Positions 25,115 to 32,000 of a stretch of 32,000 nt of DNA are shown here, piece after piece. The notes beneath the pieces were generated by a model that made no database searches, was not told the DNA's origin, and was given only the letters and a program-made list of their open reading frames with translations. Location of the stretch: positions 162,835 to 194,834 of the forward strand of contig NC_014732.1 in the NCBI RefSeq assembly GCF_000172995.2. Direction: 5' to 3'. Position numbers and translations under genes: made by a program. The first letter of the stretch is position 1. Every line of letters starts with the position of its first letter. Source of the DNA: Halogeometricum borinquense DSM 11551 (GTDB lineage Archaea; Halobacteriota; Halobacteria; Halobacteriales; Haloferacaceae).

Positions 25115-25285
25115 TGCCAGACGGTACACTGAGGTCCCGACAGTAGCAGGTGTTTCCCGTCGAACTCACAAAGTTTCGATCCGTGAACGACTGAGCGGAG
25201 AACACTATGAGTATAGTATAGTCATATATCAAACACTAGATCGATAGTTGCAACTGACTTATTTCGTCAGCTCCTTTGCACAACT

Positions 25286-25570
25286 ATGAAGCACGGGGGA
25301 AGCGGTGACTCGAAGGTGGGGCACGAGGATCTTGATTGGAGAATCATAACAGCAGTCGCAGATGCGAAAGGCGTCGAACCGCTGGATATCGATGACCGAC
25401 TACACGACATCATCGACGTAGACGCTGTCAAACAGCTGTTCGTCGGGATGCCGGACAAGCGGTCGATGACAGAGGGGCGCGTGAGTTTCACGCTTGACGG
25501 CTGCGAAGTCACTATCAACGAGCGGTGGGATATCAACGTCAACTCACACTCTAGTGTCGCGGCCGACTGA
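25286..25570 (+). CDS. HalOD1 (halobacterial output domain 1) stand-alone protein
   Basis: IITAVADAKGVEPLDIDDRLHDIIDVDAVKQLF....GRVSFTLDGCEVTINERWDINV matches the HalOD1 pattern as I recall it. Confidence 0.75.
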   Translation: MKHGGSGDSKVGHEDLDWRIITAVADAKGVEPLDIDDRLHDIIDVDAVKQLFVGMPDKRSMTEGRVSFTLDGCEVTINERWDINVNSHSSVAAD

Positions 25571-25612
25571 CCGGAGCCAAGTTTCGAGTTGTGACTCCAC
25601 GTGCGCGAAGGA

Positions 25613-28600
25613 CTATCTTGACGGCTGGCGAATCGATTCCCATCCGGGAAGTGCGGCCATCGTCTCGCGCACACGCGTTCGTTCAGCATCGGTCAACTCA
25701 CACAATTCGGCGACTCGTGCGTCGATTCTGTCGTCCACTGACTCGGCGTGACGGTCAAGTTCGGACGCACGCCGGCAGTTTCGTGCGTACCTCGCTAGCG
25801 CCTCCGCGTGCGTCTCCGGATCCGGAACGCGGAGTTCGCGGAGTCGTTCTACGGGCGTCGTCTGCGAACTCCGGCCGACCGGCCGCAGTCCGCACGCCCG
25901 CCGGTTCGTCACCGTCGTCGCGCCGACCGCTCGAAGCCACGTTGAGACCACGAGGAAGTCTCGCGGCGTCAGCGCGTCGAATCGTAACACGGCTCGCGTT
26001 TCGTCTCCGTTACTCGCCTCGTATCCGTCATCCGTCTCGTATCGCATCCGAACCGTAAACGCCGCCCGTTCTTCTTGTACGGAGAAAGATCCGATCCGGA
26101 GGCCGGGCGTTTCACCGCGGTGCGACCGCGAGAGACCGCTGTCAACGACTTCGGGACCAAACTGTTTCAGGGGCACAGACGCCTCGTCGAAGCCGACGAC
26201 AGATTCGATATCGGTGTCGAGTGACGCCCGTTCGCGCCCGATTTCGAGTCGTCGTTCGACGAGTTCGACGAGTTCGTCGTCCACCGACCCAGCCCAGACG
26301 GGAAGCGTCTCGTAGTTCCGTTGGTTGTTCTGCGGAAACTCCGCCGGGTAGGCGTTCCGGCGGACGTAGTGGTAGTAGTTGTAGACGGCGGAGTTCAACA
26401 AGCCGAGGAGATGTAACAACAAGCGTTCCTCGTCCGCGGCATCGGCATCAGCCCCGTCGTCTACGCTGTCATGGTTGCCAGCCCTGTCGGCTACGCTGTC
26501 ATCGTCATCAGCCCCGTCGTCTACGCGGGGTCGTACGTGAGCATCGTACACCGATTTCAGGTTGGCGACGCCCTCAGTGTCAAGTGTTCCGACGAGAAAC
26601 CGGCCAGTCTGTCGGCAGAGCAACTTCGGCGGGTCGTACACGGTCTTCGACACCGCTACCTCGGGAACATAGCGTATCTTGCGGGCGGAAAGCGCGTAGC
26701 GCCGAACGGCCGATCCGGGGACGAGACGCCGCATCCCTGCCGCGGGTGTCTGCCGAACGCGCTCGTCGGATTTACCGAACTCCTCGCCGCGTGCGACGGT
26801 TCCCACAGCCTCGAACGGTTCGAAGCGCTCGAGTTTGCGAAAGATTCCGTCCGCAACGTCGTCGCGCAGGAGTTGAAAGCGTGCGTACTCCTCGTTCTCC
26901 ACGGTTTCTCGTCGGAGACTGCTGTACTCGAACGACCCGTCTGCGACCGTCGTGGCGAACGCGTCGGCGTTACCAAACCACGTCCGGATTGCATCACCCG
27001 AACCCGTCTCATCCGGCGGGCCCGCCTCCGGGCCGCAGACGACGATAGCGGCACCCTCGTTTGCGTCGGCGAAGACGTTCCCGATTCGAAGGAGGTGCGT
27101 GAGACCGCCCGAATCGAGGAGGAATCGGCGCGCGGACGCAACGGAAAGGCGAACGAGCAACGCGTCAGGGACGACGAACGCCACGTAGCCGTCGGGTGCG
27201 AGACGACACGCACGTTCGAGGAAGGCCGCATAGAGGTTCGGTTGCGGACCATTGGTGGAGTCGAACGCTTTCCTGAGATACGCCGACGTATCGCCGTCGA
27301 TACGCGCGCTGATGTCTGCCCGTCCGGCCGTTCCCTTCCACGGCGGATTGCCGACGACGGCGTCGAATCCGACACCACCGCGTCCGCTGTTCTCGGAGTC
27401 AAACACGCCCGAGAACGCCTCTTGCCACCGAATCGCTCCCGGCAGTGCATCGTTTCGGGGAGTTGCTAACGAATCGTTTCGGGTCGGATCGGGACCGGGA
27501 CCGAGCAACGCGTCACCGCATCGCAAGTGGTCAGCGAGCGTGGGGAGTGTCTCGACGCTTGTGCCGGGACCAAGCGTCTCCGCGAGACAGACCAGACGTG
27601 CGACCGTCGTTGCAGCGGGATTACGGTCAACGCCGTAGAGACATTGCGAGACAACCGCTCGGCGGATCGACGCGAACGATTCGACCGGCGCATCTGCGTG
27701 ACGAGCGGCCCGCCGAATTCCGGACGCGAGTCGTCGCGCGACGGCAACGAGGAGCGTTCCACCACCCATCGCGGGGTCCACAACTCGCCTGCTGAGAAGA
27801 CGTGTCCGAACGTCGGCGGCGACGTTCGTTGCCGATTCGTCCGACGCGGCAGTCCGGGCGTCCCGGACGAGTGACCCAGCCGTCTGCGCTGCGAGGTATG
27901 TGACGACCGACTCCGGAGTATAGAACGACCCGTTGGTCTTCCGTCGCGTCGTCTCCGCGGCCGACGGATCGTCGAACGCGGTTTCGAGGAGTCGTTCGTG
28001 AGCGTCCGCAAGCAGCCGAACGTCTACAGTTCGGTAATCGACGCTATACCACGTATCATCACAAGAGACGGTCGTGAGAAGCGCACAGACGTATTCCAGC
28101 GTCCCGTCGTCGATAGACGAGACATCGAGGCACGGTCGCTCCGTGGCGGTTCGCTCAGTCTCGGTTCGTGTGGGGTCGGTTCGTTCGGAATCGCTTTGTT
28201 CGGGAGCAGTTCGATCAGGAGTAGTTCGTTCGGGAGCAGTTTGGTCAGCGTCGCTCGATGATTGGGTCGTCCAATCAGAGACAAATGGACCGCCGAGCGT
28301 CGAGTCAGCGGCGTGGGCGGCCCACTCACGGAGGATCGTACGCTCCGTAGCGTCGAGCACTATCGCTTCTGTCGGGCCATCTGCCGCCCGTGCGTCGGCC
28401 ACGAGTGTGTCACGAACGGCATGGAGCGCGTCGGGGCGGTCGGAGAATAGCGACGAACCAGTTCGGTCGGCAGCGAATAAATCGAAGGCGAGACGGAAGA
28501 CGAGAGCAGCCGGGGCGTCGGATGACGGACAGTTGGTGGAGTCGCAGATCGCTCCGACGGCCGTAACGAAGCCGTCACAGAGCGACTCACGAACGGATGC

Positions 28601-29173
28601 TCGACGCGTCGCGTCCGCCGATGCAAGTGCGTCGAGGAACGACTGAGAGTCGTCGTGTGATTCGCCGCCTTCGAACGCCTCGTGTGCGAACAGTGCGACG
28701 AAGTGACGGAGCGGTGAGTCGGCGTTAGCAGGATGTGACGCCGTATCCAGTCCCTCGTAGTCACCGTCAAACGCCGGTGCCGCCGCGGCGAGCGTTCGTA
28801 GGTCGAGTTCGTGATACCGTTGTTCGTCCGGGTCGCCGCCGCCGTACAGTCGCCAGTAGCGCCCGTCGGTGAGGACGCCCCATCGGTTCGTTCCGTCGAG
28901 TCGGCACACGAGCGTTCGTGCGGCGGACTCTCGACCGTTCGCGTCGAGGGCACCGGGGGAAACCGTCTCGACGGTAACGTCGCCGTCCGTGAGACCCAAC
29001 GCGTCGCAGATAGCTCTTTGACGTGCGTCACTGTCCCGCCACGCTCGTTTGACTGCCGCTGTCCGTTCGTCAAGCGTGGTCTCGTCGCGCCGCGCGTCCA
29101 CGAGCGCAGGAAGGTCAGCCCGCAGTGTGGGAAGGGCAAATCGCGGGTCGGCGACGCGGCGTGGAACGGACAT
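25613..29173 (-). CDS. Eco57I/TaqI-type gamma-class N6-adenine DNA methyltransferase, type IIG-like large single-chain enzyme
   Basis: 1186 aa. NGSFYTPESVVTYL is the FxTP motif. VVDPAMGGGTLLVAV is SAM motif I. FDAVVGNPPWKG is the NPPW catalytic motif IV. The helical N-domain motif is ALVFRLAFDLFAADRTG. The C-terminal part is a TaqI_C-like specificity region ending ELCELTDAERTRVRE. Confidence 0.9.
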   Translation of the reverse strand: MSVPRRVADPRFALPTLRADLPALVDARRDETTLDERTAAVKRAWRDSDARQRAICDALGLTDGDVTVETVSPGALDANGRESAARTLVCRLDGTNRWGVLTDGRYWRLYGGGDPDEQRYHELDLRTLAAAAPAFDGDYEGLDTASHPANADSPLRHFVALFAHEAFEGGESHDDSQSFLDALASADATRRASVRESLCDGFVTAVGAICDSTNCPSSDAPAALVFRLAFDLFAADRTGSSLFSDRPDALHAVRDTLVADARAADGPTEAIVLDATERTILREWAAHAADSTLGGPFVSDWTTQSSSDADQTAPERTTPDRTAPEQSDSERTDPTRTETERTATERPCLDVSSIDDGTLEYVCALLTTVSCDDTWYSVDYRTVDVRLLADAHERLLETAFDDPSAAETTRRKTNGSFYTPESVVTYLAAQTAGSLVRDARTAASDESATNVAADVRTRLLSRRVVDPAMGGGTLLVAVARRLASGIRRAARHADAPVESFASIRRAVVSQCLYGVDRNPAATTVARLVCLAETLGPGTSVETLPTLADHLRCGDALLGPGPDPTRNDSLATPRNDALPGAIRWQEAFSGVFDSENSGRGGVGFDAVVGNPPWKGTAGRADISARIDGDTSAYLRKAFDSTNGPQPNLYAAFLERACRLAPDGYVAFVVPDALLVRLSVASARRFLLDSGGLTHLLRIGNVFADANEGAAIVVCGPEAGPPDETGSGDAIRTWFGNADAFATTVADGSFEYSSLRRETVENEEYARFQLLRDDVADGIFRKLERFEPFEAVGTVARGEEFGKSDERVRQTPAAGMRRLVPGSAVRRYALSARKIRYVPEVAVSKTVYDPPKLLCRQTGRFLVGTLDTEGVANLKSVYDAHVRPRVDDGADDDDSVADRAGNHDSVDDGADADAADEERLLLHLLGLLNSAVYNYYHYVRRNAYPAEFPQNNQRNYETLPVWAGSVDDELVELVERRLEIGRERASLDTDIESVVGFDEASVPLKQFGPEVVDSGLSRSHRGETPGLRIGSFSVQEERAAFTVRMRYETDDGYEASNGDETRAVLRFDALTPRDFLVVSTWLRAVGATTVTNRRACGLRPVGRSSQTTPVERLRELRVPDPETHAEALARYARNCRRASELDRHAESVDDRIDARVAELCELTDAERTRVRETMAALPGWESIRQPSR
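26445..26530 (-). repeat. in-frame ~30-bp tandem repeat (about 3 units) inside the methyltransferase gene
   Basis: catcagccccgtcgtctacgc occurs at 26445-26465 and again at 26505-26525. ctacgctgtcat occurs at 26460-26471 and 26490-26501. The region encodes DDGADDDDSVADRAGNHDSVDDGADADAADEE. Confidence 0.8.
28198..28257 (-). repeat. in-frame ~30-bp tandem repeat inside the methyltransferase gene
   Basis: gttcgggagcagtt occurs at 28198-28211 and again at 28228-28241. The surrounding ggttcg-rich tract encodes DQTAPERTTPDRTAPEQSDSERTDPTRTETERTATERP. Confidence 0.7.
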
Positions 29174-29222
29174 CTACCGGGACTGGTTGCTCTGTGAAAT
29201 AAAAAGATACGGCCGATACGGC

Positions 29223-30479
29223 TCACTCTTCTGCTGGGACCCCGATCCGGTCCGTAAATTCGGGTGTCTCATCGTGGACGGCTTGCGCACGCGCTAGCGT
29301 GGCGAGTGCGAGCGTCATCCAGCCTTGGCTCCAGCGAATGTACGGCGTCTCGTCGTCGAAGAAACGACCGATACGACGGTAGAAATAGCCCTCGGAGTCG
29401 TAGAGATTCGCTATCGACCAGTCGTAGACTCGGGCAGCCACCTCGTTCGCGTCCGAGTCATCGGACTGGATGAGAGTGATGAGTGCTTGCGCGGACGCGT
29501 GTGCGTCGTACGGTTTTGACGTATCGGACTCGAACTTGGGTGCGCCGTCCGCCTCGAACAGTTCGCGGACGTAGAACTCTAGCCCGTCCTCGTACGCTTT
29601 GCGGGCGCGGTCGTTCCCGAGGTCGCTCGTGGCGTATTCGTGGAGGCTCTCTAAGACGAATCCCGTGTGGAAGTTGTCGTGGCTGAGGTGGGAGTCCGAG
29701 GCGGGCATAGAGTAGTACCACGCGCCGCTGTCGTCCTGTGCGTGGAGAACAAACTCGAACAGTTCGGTCGCACGGCCGGACAGAGATTCGTCGTCAGTGT
29801 AAGTCGGTGAGGCGTCGTCGTCGGTATGATCGGACAAGCGGAGGAAGAACGCGGCCGCGAGGGCGTTCGCGTTGATCACGACGAACTCGTCGTACGGCGT
29901 GTAGGTGTAGGCGTCAAAGCCATCGACGGTCACGACGTTGATCTCTTCTCGAATGTACGCGGCAGCGTCTTCGGCTACTTCCAGCGACCACGCGGCCCCG
30001 GTCAGTTCGTGGTGTTCGAGAAACGCGCGGGCACAAAATACGGTGACGACGATAGACGGATGATACGCGGGGAGGAAAAACCGACGGGCGTTCTGCCAGT
30101 CGAAGTTGTATCCCCACGCGTTTCGGTCCGTGACCGGCGACGTTTGCTCCGTTAGCCACCCCAGAAGTTGCTCTGCTTCGGTGAGATAGGTTTCCTTTCC
30201 CGTCGCTTCGTACAGTCGGAGACACGCGGAGGCGAACAGTCCGATTCCTTTCGGGTTGCGTTCCGGTTCGATACCGAGCAGCGGGCGAAGATTCACGGGC
30301 GACTTGTTGACGCCATGGATAGCAACGAGTCGGGTGAACCAGTTTGTCGCAACTGACGAGAGAATCGGACTGTTAAGTCCGTCGTACGGGTCGTATCCGG
30401 CGTAGTCTCGCTCTCGTGCCCATTCGAGGCTTCGTTCGGCGGTTTCGAGAGAGCAGGGGTGACTCATGGTCGTCTTCAC
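29223..30479 (-). CDS. uncharacterised protein, likely alpha/alpha-toroid (six-hairpin) fold; possible glycan-modifying enzyme
   Basis: 418-aa ORF with regularly spaced aromatic/helical segments (YDPYDGLNS, NAWGYNFDWQN, SGAWYY, RWSQGWMTLALATL). It starts at GTG 30479, with an alternative ATG at 30467 (MSHPCS). The fold assignment is inference only. Confidence 0.7.
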   Translation of the reverse strand: MKTTMSHPCSLETAERSLEWARERDYAGYDPYDGLNSPILSSVATNWFTRLVAIHGVNKSPVNLRPLLGIEPERNPKGIGLFASACLRLYEATGKETYLTEAEQLLGWLTEQTSPVTDRNAWGYNFDWQNARRFFLPAYHPSIVVTVFCARAFLEHHELTGAAWSLEVAEDAAAYIREEINVVTVDGFDAYTYTPYDEFVVINANALAAAFFLRLSDHTDDDASPTYTDDESLSGRATELFEFVLHAQDDSGAWYYSMPASDSHLSHDNFHTGFVLESLHEYATSDLGNDRARKAYEDGLEFYVRELFEADGAPKFESDTSKPYDAHASAQALITLIQSDDSDANEVAARVYDWSIANLYDSEGYFYRRIGRFFDDETPYIRWSQGWMTLALATLARAQAVHDETPEFTDRIGVPAEE

Positions 30480-30861
30480 CAGTATTTCGCACGAAGTCTA
30501 TTCGTTAGTTCGTGCACAATACCCTGACGGCGAAGCACCCGGTAGTTGAGTCATGAAGGCGGGTGCTGCGAAGACAGCACCGTCGTCTGAAGCCGCCATT
30601 TAACCCGACCATCAAGACCCCACAGGAGTCAGTGCTAGTGAATTCGTACTGTAAATGTCACTCAAACGGAACTGAATGCCACGTCGAGGAGAATGTGTGT
30701 GTGGTAGTAGCATGATATACATACTCAGATGGCGGCGAACAATTACTCCGGCCATAACAAAGCGCGTACCGAAGAGACAACCGGCGAGAGCCTCATGAAC
30801 CTCCCAACGCACGCAAGTGTCATACTTCGCGTTCGGAGTGATGCACCCGGAGTGATCAGCC

Positions 30862-31887
30862 GTGAGTAACCGTGCTGTCTACGCAGACACCGTCGCCACC
30901 ATCGCACTCACTGCAGGTGCAATCCTCGCCGTCCTGAATCTGCCACCGGTAACCGCGAGAGCGGCCCTCGCCGGGATACTCGTCCTGTTCCTTCCGGGTT
31001 ACGCGTTGACGACGCTCGTGTTCCCCGCCACGAAGGAGACTCGTCTCAGCGTAGGCGACGTACCGTCTGCCTTCGTGGGAAATAATACCAAACACGCGGG
31101 AGTCCCGTTTCTCGAACGCGCCGCGTTGAGTATCGGACTGAGTGTCGCGCTCGTCCCACTCTTCGCGTGGTCGCTCGAAGTCAGCGGGGTCGAGTTTCTC
31201 GCACCGAACGTCGCCGCCGCCTGTGGCGGATTCGCTATCGTCGCCGCACTGCTCGGTGGCGTCCGGCGTCTACGAACCGCCGCGGAGACGCGGTACGTGG
31301 TTCCGATTGGGACAGTCGCTGCATATCGAAACGCTGCACACGACCGGTCCAACTGGGACAACGTTCTCAACGTCGCCCTCGTCGGAGCGGTCGTCGTCGC
31401 AACCGTCGTCGTCACGTTCGCACTCGTGTCGCCAGCTAGCGTGGCTAGCGCCTCGTACACACAGGCATCGCTCCTGACCGAGGCAGACGACGGGTCGTTG
31501 GTCGCCTCAGACTATCCACAGAACCTTACTGTCGGGGAGAGCGGCGAACTCGTTCTCCTCGTCGAAAACTACGAACAGGAGACGACAAGATACACCGTCG
31601 TCGCCCAACTGCAACGGGTCGAATCGAACGGGGAGGTGACCGCCACCAGCGAAATCGACCGCTTCTCGGAGACGGTCGAAACGGGCGACCGGTGGCAGTT
31701 GACGCACGAAGTCGCACCCAGTATCCCGGGCGAAAACCTTCGACTCACCTACCTCGTCTACAAAGGTGACGCCCCGGAGAACCCCACCATCGAGTCGTCG
31801 TACCGGCACGTCACGCTCTGGATGGACGTGACAGAAGGTGGCGATTCGGACGCACAGAACACAGTCTCATCGGTCGAATCGAGCTAA
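30862..31887 (+). CDS. DUF1616-like archaeal membrane protein with an extracellular C-terminal domain
   Basis: GTG start. MSNRAVYADTVATIALTAGAILAVLNLPPVTARAALAGILVLFLPGYALTTLVFP is followed by further TM segments and then a soluble beta-rich acidic domain. The architecture matches DUF1616 as I recall it. Confidence 0.7.
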   Translation: MSNRAVYADTVATIALTAGAILAVLNLPPVTARAALAGILVLFLPGYALTTLVFPATKETRLSVGDVPSAFVGNNTKHAGVPFLERAALSIGLSVALVPLFAWSLEVSGVEFLAPNVAAACGGFAIVAALLGGVRRLRTAAETRYVVPIGTVAAYRNAAHDRSNWDNVLNVALVGAVVVATVVVTFALVSPASVASASYTQASLLTEADDGSLVASDYPQNLTVGESGELVLLVENYEQETTRYTVVAQLQRVESNGEVTATSEIDRFSETVETGDRWQLTHEVAPSIPGENLRLTYLVYKGDAPENPTIESSYRHVTLWMDVTEGGDSDAQNTVSSVESS

Positions 31888-31926
31888 TCCGGCAGCCTCG
31901 AAAGACAGATCTGCGGCGAAACCTCT

Positions 31927-31974
31927 GCTGTCGGGCGTTCACTGACGCATGCTGTCGGACGTTCACCGACGCAT
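31927..31974. repeat. 24-bp tandem duplication downstream of the DUF1616-like gene
   Basis: gctgtcgggcgttcactgacgcat is followed directly by gctgtcggacgttcaccgacgcat, identical at 22 of 24 positions. Confidence 0.85.
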
Positions 31975-32000
31975 AACCAAGTGTGTTCTTGCTCCTGTAT

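Noticed and set aside
26221-27469. Long plus-strand ORFs (275 and 332 aa) and other ORFs of 100-290 aa overlapping the methyltransferase gene.
   Set aside because: They are extremely Arg/Pro/Ser-rich with no motifs. They lie antisense to or out of frame with a gene carrying unambiguous methyltransferase motifs, and are the stop-codon depletion expected in a GC-rich segment.
25613-29173. The methyltransferase as BREX PglX or as part of a type I R-M system.
   Set aside because: No PglZ, BrxC/PglY, BrxA/B, HsdR or HsdS genes lie within at least 3-4 kb on either side. Its neighbours are HalOD1 and a putative glycan-related protein. A distant or split system cannot be excluded from this window alone.
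30612-30812. 66-aa minus-strand ORF in the intergenic region between the toroid-like and DUF1616-like genes.
   Set aside because: The product is basic and His/Arg/Leu-rich, with no motif and no good start context. The region is more plausibly a divergent promoter.

Overview
The window looks like haloarchaeal (class Halobacteria) DNA. The evidence is strongly acidic predicted proteins, two Bat-type PAS/GAF/HTH_10 regulators, HalOD1 and amphi-Trp small proteins, a Tat/lipobox substrate-binding protein and a DUF1616-like membrane protein. Reading left to right: (1) a minus-strand ABC importer operon with a family-5 binding protein and two permeases, the last running off the window edge. (2) A HEAT-repeat protein, then a galactonate-dehydratase-like enolase-superfamily gene divergent from an IclR regulator. 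(3) A GNAT-like gene. (4) A 1.3 kb ORF-poor gap whose GC-rich central ~0.5 kb is packed with tetraloop-capped helices, which I call a candidate large structured ncRNA. (5) A small operon of a 55-aa protein plus an amphi-Trp protein, then dps, a wHTH gene and a micro-ORF pair. (6) A Bat-like regulator, a BBE-type FAD oxidase and a secreted hyper-acidic repeat protein. (7) A GbsR/MarR-like regulator flanked by two genes that share a 33-nt block across their start codons. (8) A 5'-truncated FMN-reductase remnant plus a quinone oxidoreductase. (9) A class I terpene-synthase-like gene divergent from a second Bat-like regulator. (10) HalOD1, then a 1186-aa solitary Eco57I/TaqI-type N6-adenine methyltransferase with in-frame 30-bp repeats. 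(11) An alpha/alpha-toroid-like protein divergent from a DUF1616-like protein. I saw no rRNA, tRNA, CRISPR array or transposase. All functional calls come from motif recognition by eye. No database search was run.
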